DNA of 64,000 nucleotides, taken from assembly GCA_964438295.1 (NCBI GenBank), contig CAYTKR010000004.1, positions 9,849 to 73,848 on the forward strand, given 5' to 3'. This DNA is from an uncultured Anaerolineales bacterium. GTDB lineage: Bacteria; Chloroflexota; Anaerolineae; Anaerolineales; UBA11858. Position numbers and translations under genes: made by a program. How positions within the stretch are numbered: position 1 is the stretch's first letter; every line of letters starts with the position of its first letter. Shown one piece after another: positions 45,932 to 53,272 of this stretch. The notes under the pieces were generated by a model that was not told where the DNA came from, searched no databases, and saw only the letters and a list, made by a program, of their open reading frames with translations.

Positions 45932-47011
45932 CTAAAGGGTTGTCAAACCTTTTTGGTCTGGTATTGAAATCTTTCTCCGCACTTTCAAAATAGCGATCTT
46001 GGTGGGGTGGTTGAAGGGTGCTGGATCGGTGGGTGGCGCATTAACGATCGTTTCTGGGTAACCAGTGATATCTTCAGGTACCGTGATCAAGGATTCGATG
46101 GATAGATACCCATCGGCACATAGTGTTTCAAGGGAAGCAAAATAATCTTTTCCGCTCAAGAATAGGGCGTTGTTGATCGCCACCAGGTAGCCACCATCGC
46201 TTACCAGTGGACGCACTTTATTGATCAGGCGCGTGCTTTCATTGACCAGGTCAACCGATCCTTTCTTCGTGCTGGAAAAGAAGGGTGGGTCGAGGATCAC
46301 GCAGTCGAACAGCTCTCCTTTGCGCTTGAGTTGGGATACTATGCTGAAGAAATCGTTGGCCTTCAATTTCATTTTGCCGATGTCCAGTCGGTTGAGTATG
46401 CCGCTTGTGCGGGCTAATTCCAGGAACTTACGCTTGAGATCGGTTTGCAAGACGTACTCCGCACCTCCCGCCAGGGAGGCTACTCCCAAGCTGCCAGTAT
46501 ACGCAAAAGTATTCAGGACGCGCCATCCTTCGATAGAACTCAGGACAGGCCCTTCGACATGGCTCAGGACAGGCCCATCGGCTTCGCTCAGGGCAGGGCC
46601 TCCCGCGTTATCGATCAGCCAGCGCCGCAGGTTTCGTGTATCCAAATAGAAGCTGGCATCTTGTTGCATCAACAGGTCGAGAGCGTACCAGACTCCGTGC
46701 TCGCGGGTTTTTTCGGTTGGCGAATCGCCAAGGGCAAGTACTCCTCTCCTTCGAGCAGGATCACGCGCCGAGCGAGTCTTATGAACCACGCAATCGATCC
46801 AAGGTAGCCTCTCGAGCAATATTGCTTGTGCCTTGCCTAAAATGTCCACTGATTCCCCATAGTTGAATAGCACCAAGGTTGTGCCATAGAGGTCGACGAC
46901 CAGGTCTGGGCAGCCCTCATAAAAACCGTTGAACAATCTAAGACTTCGGCCGTCTGATAAACTTGAGCGGGCGTCACAGGCTTGGGAGAGGACTTCTTCC
47001 AGTGGGAGCAT
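45932..47011 (-). CDS. class I SAM-dependent (RlmI-like) methyltransferase with an in-frame repeat insertion
   Basis: VLNTFAYTGSLGV, DxxxFDCVILDPP and F motifs. The insertion GPALSEAD-GPVLSHVE-GPVLSSIE lies just before the SAM-binding fold. Confidence 0.8.
   Translation of the reverse strand: MLPLEEVLSQACDARSSLSDGRSLRLFNGFYEGCPDLVVDLYGTTLVLFNYGESVDILGKAQAILLERLPWIDCVVHKTRSARDPARRRGVLALGDSPTEKTREHGVWYALDLLMQQDASFYLDTRNLRRWLIDNAGGPALSEADGPVLSHVEGPVLSSIEGWRVLNTFAYTGSLGVASLAGGAEYVLQTDLKRKFLELARTSGILNRLDIGKMKLKANDFFSIVSQLKRKGELFDCVILDPPFFSSTKKGSVDLVNESTRLINKVRPLVSDGGYLVAINNALFLSGKDYFASLETLCADGYLSIESLITVPEDITGYPETIVNAPPTDPAPFNHPTKIAILKVRRKISIPDQKGLTTL
46527..46598. repeat. 24-bp tandem repeat x3 inside the methyltransferase CDS
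   Basis: The three units are ccttcgatagaactcaggacaggc, ccttcgacatggctcaggacaggc and ccatcggcttcgctcagggcaggg. Confidence 0.8.
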
Positions 47012-47113
47012 GCTGGGGATTATAGCACTTGTAGCGGCGAGCCCTGGAGTGTTTTTGAGCGCGTTTTACTACACGATGATAAGGGGTCTCTGGGAATTCC
47101 CGTAATGAACTCC

Positions 47114-47162
47114 AGATTTGGGGGTATGGGGTGTGCAGAGCACGCCCCATACCCCCAAATCT
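47114..47162. repeat. GC-rich hairpin in a divergent intergenic region
   Basis: AGATTTGGGGGTATGGGG(tg)-tgcagagca-(cg)CCCCATACCCCCAAATCT. Its G5-T-G4 core is similar in style to the hairpin at 41383. Confidence 0.6.
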
Positions 47163-47244
47163 GCCAACTTCCACGGCGATTCCGAGAGAGCCGTGCGAAG
47201 AGTTAGACCATCGATCGATTGGTTGCGGTAGAATAAAAGCAGAT

Positions 47245-48393
47245 ATGAACGCCATTTCCCATCCCATCGAAATTATCTGTTCGCCTGACTTTTTAGGATG
47301 GCTCTTAGAAGAGCGCGTCAGCTTGGCCTTCACCACGTACCAGACGAACCGCCTGTTTATGCTGGGCGTCAAGCAAAATGGAGCACTTTCTGCCTTTGAA
47401 CGACTTCTCGATCGCCCGATGGGGTTGTTCGCCGAATCTGATCGCCTGTATGTGGGTTGCCGCTACCAGATCTGGCAGTTCGACAATGCCCTGCCACCGG
47501 ATGCGAACCATAACGGCTACGATGCCTTGTACGTTCCCCGCCGTAGCTACACTACCGGTGATGTTGATGTGCATGATGTACGTCTGGATATGAAGGGTGA
47601 CCGCTTGGTGTTTGTCAATACACTTTATAGCTGCCTAGCGACAATCAGCGAACGCTATAGTTTCAAACCGATTTGGCAGCCCCCTTTCATTTCTAGTCTG
47701 GCCCCTGAAGACCGTTGCCATCTCAATGGCTTGGCGATCGTAGGCGGACAGCCCCGCTACGTCACGGCGGTTTCCCGCTCTGATTTGCAACACGGCTGGC
47801 GGAAACAACGCGAAAAAGGGGGGATTCTGATTGATGTCCAAACCAACGAAGTCCTGCTTGATAACCTTTCAATGCCTCACTCCCCACGATGGCATCATGA
47901 TAAACTCTGGTTGCTCAACGCTGGCAGCGGCGATCTGGGTTACGTAGATCTGAGAGCGGGGCGTTTTGAGCCGGTTATATTCTGCCCGGGATTTGCCCGC
48001 GGGCTGGCTTTCCATAAAAACTATGCCATTGTCGGTCTCTCCAAACCTCGGCGGGTCAAAGCTTTTGAAGGTCTTAGCCTGGAGGATCGACTGACTGCGA
48101 ATGAGAGCGATGCTATCTGTGGACTGGCGGTGATCGACATGACGAGCGGCAGCGTGGCTCATTGGCTCAAAGTCGAGGGCCTGATAAGCGAACTTTACGA
48201 TATTGCCGTGCTCCCAGACGTGCACCGTCCGATGGCGCTGGGTTTCAAATCCGATGAAATTTGCCGTTTCGTCTCTATCGACTACCCCAATGCCGACCCA
48301 GTATTCCAGGAGATCAAGAAAAATCCAGAAAAATTTTCTGCTCCGATAGATTTTCTCGCATTGCAAAACACCGAAACAAAAGATCGGCCTTAA
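47245..48393 (+). CDS. conserved hypothetical protein, resembles the TIGR03032/DUF4915 family
   Basis: SPDFLGWLLEERVSLAFTTYQTNRLFMLGVK and HSPRWHHDKLWLLN look like that family. This is recalled from memory and not verified. I prefer the start ATG at 47245. Confidence 0.6.
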   Translation: MNAISHPIEIICSPDFLGWLLEERVSLAFTTYQTNRLFMLGVKQNGALSAFERLLDRPMGLFAESDRLYVGCRYQIWQFDNALPPDANHNGYDALYVPRRSYTTGDVDVHDVRLDMKGDRLVFVNTLYSCLATISERYSFKPIWQPPFISSLAPEDRCHLNGLAIVGGQPRYVTAVSRSDLQHGWRKQREKGGILIDVQTNEVLLDNLSMPHSPRWHHDKLWLLNAGSGDLGYVDLRAGRFEPVIFCPGFARGLAFHKNYAIVGLSKPRRVKAFEGLSLEDRLTANESDAICGLAVIDMTSGSVAHWLKVEGLISELYDIAVLPDVHRPMALGFKSDEICRFVSIDYPNADPVFQEIKKNPEKFSAPIDFLALQNTETKDRP

Positions 48394-48963
48394 AATACCA
48401 AATACCCATCCAACCATGGGAGATCAGTAACACAGCCCCTGCCTGACCTGAATCTTTTTCTGAGTGTGTAATACCATACCTTCACAAGTCTGGGGCCGCG
48501 CTTGGGGTGAACTCAGATATCTGCTGCTAGCGATTGTTCATCCTCAACATGGTTAGTTAATATTTACGTCGGTTTTATAGACTCCCACTTCTACCCCCGA
48601 TACACTCACATAAGCTATCAACCAAAATTGGGCATGGAATATCTTTTGATTTATGCACTTGAATAATTGTGTGCTCAAAATTTTATCGCCTAACAGTGTT
48701 CAATCTACGTGCATTTCATAGAAATGGAATCATCATACGGAGTCACCAGCATGGTAGATCAAATGGGTTCACAGTCAACCGCGGTCCCCCAGATGAATAA
48801 CGCCCAAAAGTCATCTGAAGAGAGCAATCGTTCGGATTTTTTGTTCATCTGGTTGCGCATCCAATGGCTGAAATCTCGCCTGGCTTACATTCTCTCTCGA
48901 CTACGTGCGCTGCACTTCCGCCGCGGCTGGGGCTCTCGCTCCAGGAGAGAACTCCGCCGAATA

Positions 48964-50829
48964 ATGAAGGCCGCTGCATCAATGTTGTTAGCTGCCTCGA
49001 TGTTGCTGGTTCCCCTCAGCCCGGCTTACTCCGCGGATGTCACGTTTGCCGAACGGACGGGCATAGACAATCCCTTCAACGGCGTGGATGTAGGAAATTC
49101 CAGTTCTCCCAGATTCGTGGACATTGATGGGGATGGCGATATGGATGCCTTCATTGGAGAATATGGTGGCTCTGTTCTCTATTATAAAAATACCGGCACA
49201 AATCTAGCCCCCAAATTTACCCAACAAACTGGCGCCGACAATCCTTTAGATAGCGTGAGTACGGGAACAAACAGCGTCCCCTGTTTTGTGAATGTGGATG
49301 GAGATGGCGATATGGACGCCTTCATCGGGGCTGGGAATGGAAAAATACTCTATTATAAGAACACCGGTACAAACCTGGCCCCAGTCTTTACCCAACAAAC
49401 CGGCGGCGACAATCCCTTCGACGGCGTGGATGTGGGTGACGATAGCGCGCCAACCTTCGTGGACGTGGACGGGGATGGGGATAAGGATGCCTTCATTGGG
49501 GCATTTGACGGAAAGATCTATTACTATAAGAACACCGGTACGAACCTGGCCCCAGTCTTTACCCAACAGACCGGCGGCGATAACCCCTTCGACGGCGCAG
49601 ATGTGGGGTTTAGCAGCGCTCCAACTTTCGTAGATGTGGATCGAGATGGCGATGAGGATGCCTTCATCGGGGCATTTGACGGTACGATCTATTACTATAA
49701 GAATACCGGTACCAATCTAGCTCCAGTCTTCACCCAGCAAACCGGCGCTGATAACCCCTTTGATGGGGTGGATGTGGGGAGCGCAAGCAAACCCAGCTTC
49801 GCAGATATAGACGGGGATGGGGATAAGGATGCCTTCATTGGGGCTGACGATGGGAAGATCTATTATTATGAGAATACCAGCCCACCTCCCTCATCAGACG
49901 AAGGCGGCGATGACGCTGCTGATGCCGGCAGTGACGATAGCTCCGGATGCAGTTTTGGAGTAGGGGAATCGGGGGGTACGTATAACTGCGATTTTGGGAA
50001 GGTAGTACTCCCCGCGGGCACCGTTGATGAGGCCTGTCAACTGGTCATCGAAGAAAGTTCCAGCGGTAACTTCAAGCTGGGCGATCAGGTTTATGACGTA
50101 AAGTTGATTTGTAATGGTCAGAATGTGACACAGCTTCCCAAGTCAATCAAGGTTTGCATCCGGCCGACGATGGGGGGTACGGTGGGGAAACAGCTCTTTC
50201 ATCAGCACAACGAAGCCAGCGTGTTCACCCCGCTGGATGTTGTGGGTGGCCCGGCGGGTCATGTCTGTGGGCAGACCAGCAAACTCTCGCTCTTTGGCCT
50301 GGGGACGCTGCAGCTGCCAGATACCGGTTTCACACCTGGTGTGGTGACATTGCTCGAAGAGCAACCTGCTGAGCTAATCTACTCGGAGACAGGGGGTTTG
50401 AGATTGGAGATACCATCGTTGGGGGTGGAACTGCCCATCGTTGGAATTCCACTGACAGGGGAGGGCTGGAATGTAAATTGGCTTGGAGAGTCCGCTGGCT
50501 ATCTTGAGGGCACCGCCTTCCCTACCTGGGCAGGCAACACCGCCATCACCGCCCACGTCTGGGATGCGAACAATCAACCAGGGCCATTCGTTGATCTGCA
50601 CATGTTGCATTTCGGTGATCAACTTTTCATCAATGCCTGGGGGAAAGTTTACACTTACGAGGTGCGTGATGTAATGCAAGTGCGCTCTGATGACCTGCGC
50701 GCCCTACCGCACGATGACTACGACGTGTTGACGCTGATCACGTGCCAGGGTTTCAATGCGTCCAGCGGAGAGTATGATTGGCGATTAGCTGTGAGGGCGG
50801 TGCTTGTATCAGTAGACAGTAATCAGTAA
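48964..50829 (+). CDS. secreted FG-GAP repeat protein carrying an internal LPDTG motif and a C-terminal sortase domain
   Basis: Signal peptide MKAAASMLLAASMLLVPLSPAYSA, then five FG-GAP/calcium-loop repeats (DIDGDGDMDAFIG type). LPDTG is at 50314-50328. The sortase domain has His (AITAHVW), TLITC (Cys codon 50743-50745) and Arg (WRLAVRA). An alternative upstream start at 48709 cannot be excluded. Confidence 0.85.
   Translation: MKAAASMLLAASMLLVPLSPAYSADVTFAERTGIDNPFNGVDVGNSSSPRFVDIDGDGDMDAFIGEYGGSVLYYKNTGTNLAPKFTQQTGADNPLDSVSTGTNSVPCFVNVDGDGDMDAFIGAGNGKILYYKNTGTNLAPVFTQQTGGDNPFDGVDVGDDSAPTFVDVDGDGDKDAFIGAFDGKIYYYKNTGTNLAPVFTQQTGGDNPFDGADVGFSSAPTFVDVDRDGDEDAFIGAFDGTIYYYKNTGTNLAPVFTQQTGADNPFDGVDVGSASKPSFADIDGDGDKDAFIGADDGKIYYYENTSPPPSSDEGGDDAADAGSDDSSGCSFGVGESGGTYNCDFGKVVLPAGTVDEACQLVIEESSSGNFKLGDQVYDVKLICNGQNVTQLPKSIKVCIRPTMGGTVGKQLFHQHNEASVFTPLDVVGGPAGHVCGQTSKLSLFGLGTLQLPDTGFTPGVVTLLEEQPAELIYSETGGLRLEIPSLGVELPIVGIPLTGEGWNVNWLGESAGYLEGTAFPTWAGNTAITAHVWDANNQPGPFVDLHMLHFGDQLFINAWGKVYTYEVRDVMQVRSDDLRALPHDDYDVLTLITCQGFNASSGEYDWRLAVRAVLVSVDSNQ
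49045..49899 (+). repeat. five tandem 171-bp (57-aa) coding repeats (FG-GAP units)
   Basis: Units start at 49045, 49216, 49387, 49558 and 49729. Units 3 and 4 are nearly identical at the protein level. Confidence 0.85.
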
Positions 50830-50844
50830 CCAGTAAACAGTTAC
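50810..50844. repeat. heptanucleotide tandem repeat, 5 units
   Basis: CAGTAGA CAGTAAT CAGTAAC CAGTAAA CAGTTAC. The array spans the last codons (VDSNQ) and the stop of the FG-GAP/sortase gene. Confidence 0.65.
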
Positions 50845-50915
50845 TATTAACTCGAAAAGTCCTGGGTGGTGTGACGTGCTGCTCGGGACTTCACCGTGTA
50901 CCTTGGACCAGGGAG

Positions 50916-52433
50916 TTATCCCGGCAGTTCAATTGTGAAACGCGTTCCTCTGCCCCACTCACTCTCAACCCCAATCAGCCCCCCGTGCATCTCGACAATC
51001 GACTTGGCAATCGCTAGCCCCAACCCAGTCTCACCGCCCTCGCCGTTGCGGGCGTCATCCACGCGGTAAAAGCGGTCGAAAATCCGCGAGATATCTGCTG
51101 GGTTTATGCCGGATCCAGTATCGGCCACGCAAAACTTGACCGATGGCTGACCACTGACTACCGACTGTTGACCGCTAACTGAAATTACCCCTCCCTCTGG
51201 CGTGTAGCGCAAAGCATTGCTGACCAGATTGCCCAATACCTGCATCATGCGGTCAGGATCGGCGTTGATGCGCGGCAGGTCAGGGTCTGCCTGGATGGTG
51301 AGTTCGATGCCTTTTTTGCCAGCAGCGTGTTGATAAGCTGCCTTAACCTGCTCTAGCAACCCGAGCGGGGCAATCGGGGCGCGGTTGAGCGAGAGTTCCC
51401 CAGCTTCGGCCAACGAGAGTGTGCGCAGGTCGTCGACTAGGCGCTGCAGGTGATGCACTTCCTTATGCATTGTTTCCAGCCGCTCGGGGGTTGGCTTGAG
51501 TACGCCATCGCGCATAGACTCGATGTACCCGGCGATGACCGTCAGTGGGGTGCGCAGATCGTGGGCAATGTCGGCCGTCATCTGACGGCGCTGCTCACTG
51601 AGATGGGCCAGGTCAGCGCTCATCTGGTTGAAGTCACGCGCCAGTTGGCCGATCTCATCTTTGGAGTGCACCTTGACCTGTCGACCAAACTCTCCTTTGG
51701 CAGTGTGACGGATAGCAGAGGTCAGTTCGCGCAAAGGACGGGTCAGTCCGCGGGTGAGCACCAAGCTGATCACTAAAGCAATGGCCATAGCCCCGAGGGT
51801 GGCATAGAGCAGCGATTGGTTGGTGCGCGCTAGGAATAGCTCTTCGCGCTGTGCCATGGATGGGATATCGCCTGTAGGGATTACGATACCTATAGTTTCT
51901 CCCTCGATTTCAATGATCGTTCCGTCGATATCTTCAGTTGGCACAAAATCTCCCAAATGGTACTTCCCAGCAGGTACAACCACCCGGCCTTGTGTGTTTA
52001 TGAGAGCAAAGGTCAGCGGTTGCGTGCCCGTCGGATTGCCAGGTTCAGTTTGTTGCTGCGGTAGTTGAGCGGGTTGTTGTGGAGGCGGTTGCTGCTGCTG
52101 GGGTGGCGCATCCCCTGGTTGGCGCGGTTGCTGCCCTGCAGGAAGTTGTCCCAGAGGTGGATTCTGAATTTCCCCTACAGGTTGCTGAAGTTGTCCTTGT
52201 TGTCCGCCCTGTGGATTCTGGCGGCGGATAATTGATTCAAAGAAGCCGCGCCACGAGCCAGTCGCCTCGTAGTACGTTGTCGCCCGATCCATGAAATTAT
52301 TCTGCGCGTTGCTCAGCACCAACGCTTCGAAATCTTTCTGCGTGGTGTAACGCGTGATGGCCGCAGCCAACAATGCCACAGTCAGGCTGACGGCCAGGAA
52401 GGCCAGGAGTAGCTTGGGGGCTAGGGAACGCAT
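50916..52433 (-). CDS. sensor histidine kinase (TM-periplasmic-TM-HAMP-HisKA-HATPase)
   Basis: H-box ADIAHDLRTPL, N box LGNLVSNALRYTP, and G boxes DTGSGI and GLGLAI. The periplasmic region has an unusual Q/P-rich stretch. Confidence 0.9.
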   Translation of the reverse strand: MRSLAPKLLLAFLAVSLTVALLAAAITRYTTQKDFEALVLSNAQNNFMDRATTYYEATGSWRGFFESIIRRQNPQGGQQGQLQQPVGEIQNPPLGQLPAGQQPRQPGDAPPQQQQPPPQQPAQLPQQQTEPGNPTGTQPLTFALINTQGRVVVPAGKYHLGDFVPTEDIDGTIIEIEGETIGIVIPTGDIPSMAQREELFLARTNQSLLYATLGAMAIALVISLVLTRGLTRPLRELTSAIRHTAKGEFGRQVKVHSKDEIGQLARDFNQMSADLAHLSEQRRQMTADIAHDLRTPLTVIAGYIESMRDGVLKPTPERLETMHKEVHHLQRLVDDLRTLSLAEAGELSLNRAPIAPLGLLEQVKAAYQHAAGKKGIELTIQADPDLPRINADPDRMMQVLGNLVSNALRYTPEGGVISVSGQQSVVSGQPSVKFCVADTGSGINPADISRIFDRFYRVDDARNGEGGETGLGLAIAKSIVEMHGGLIGVESEWGRGTRFTIELPG

Positions 52434-52437
52434 GGTT

Positions 52438-52528
52438 CAGTTTGCAGTAGTCAGTTTTCAGTAAACAGTAAGCAGTGACCAGTGATCAGTAAACTGATTA
52501 CCGTTTACTGATCACTGGTCACTGGTTG
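52438..52528. repeat. heptanucleotide repeat block: 8 forward CAGTNNN units, then 5 inverted units
   Basis: Forward units are CAGTTTG CAGTAGT CAGTTTT CAGTAAA CAGTAAG CAGTGAC CAGTGAT CAGTAAA. The inverted units are CTGATTA CCGTTTA CTGATCA CTGGTCA CTGGTTG. The block fills the whole HK/RR spacer and extends into the RR 3' end (VTSDQ-stop). Confidence 0.8.
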
Positions 52529-53200
52529 AAAGCGATACCCTACACCAAAGACCGTCTCGATGCGCTGCGGGTTGCTGGGGTCGGTCTCGATTTTCGTACG
52601 TAGGTTCCGGATGTGCACATCTATAGTGCGCTCAACGCCCTCGAAAGCCGTACCCTGCAAGCTTTCCAGTAGATCCAGACGGGAGAAGACGCGTCCCGGG
52701 GCGGACATCAGCACCCCCAGCAGATCGAACTCCGAGGGGGTCAGATCGACAAATTGATCCCCGACCTTTACGGTGTGTTCATCCTGGTTGATGGTGATCC
52801 CGCCTCCGCGCAGGATATTAGCTGGTGGCGCGACCTGACTGGTACGCCGCAACACCGCCCGAATGCGGGCCACCATTTCTTTCATGCCAAAGGGCTTAGT
52901 GACATAGTCGTCAGCGCCCAACTCCAGGCCCAGCACTTTGTCGGTCTCTTCCAATTTGGCAGTCAGCATGATGATGGGCGTATCGCTCTCTTTTCGATAG
53001 TGGCGCATGAAATCGTAGCCGCCCATCTCAGGCATCATGATATCGAGGATGATCAAATCAGGCTTTTCATGCCGCGCCACAAAGAGGGCTTCTCGGCCGT
53101 TCTCGGCGGTGGCAACCTGGAAGCCCTCTTCGGTGAGATATTCTCTTAGCAGCGTGCGCACATTGGCTTTGTCGTCTACGACGAGAATGGTTTTGGTCAT
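52505..53200 (-). CDS. OmpR-family response regulator
   Basis: Receiver domain (ILVVDD, DLIILDIMMP, LTAK) plus a winged-helix output domain (VHIRNLRTKIE, GVGYRF). The start was moved to the ATG at 53200 (MTKTILVVDD). Confidence 0.9.
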   Translation of the reverse strand: MTKTILVVDDKANVRTLLREYLTEEGFQVATAENGREALFVARHEKPDLIILDIMMPEMGGYDFMRHYRKESDTPIIMLTAKLEETDKVLGLELGADDYVTKPFGMKEMVARIRAVLRRTSQVAPPANILRGGGITINQDEHTVKVGDQFVDLTPSEFDLLGVLMSAPGRVFSRLDLLESLQGTAFEGVERTIDVHIRNLRTKIETDPSNPQRIETVFGVGYRFQPVTSDQ

Positions 53201-53226
53201 ATTGTTATTGTACCTAATTATTTCCC

Positions 53227-53260
53227 AGACCCTAAAGGTTTCCAAAAACCTTTAGGGTCT
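53227..53260. repeat. hairpin family AGACCCTAnAGG..CCTTTAGGGTCT, copy 2
   Basis: AGACCCTAAAGGTTT-CCAA-AAACCTTTAGGGTCT is a perfect 15-bp stem. It lies 27 nt upstream of the response-regulator start and 13 nt after the stop of the upstream gene. Confidence 0.65.
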
Positions 53261-53272
53261 ATTTTTCGTTGG

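Noticed and set aside
48709-48963. An N-terminal 85-aa extension of the FG-GAP/sortase ORF (track start GTG at 48709).
   Set aside because: The extension is A/T-rich with odd composition and precedes a textbook signal peptide that begins at the ATG at 48964. It is kept only as an alternative, since a cytoplasmic N-terminus plus signal-anchor cannot be fully excluded. Either way, 315-570 nt upstream of the gene has no assigned function.
52438-52528. Possible CRISPR array or minisatellite at the heptamer blocks.
   Set aside because: The unit length is 7 nt with no spacers and the blocks are under 100 nt. No cas genes are present, so this is not CRISPR.
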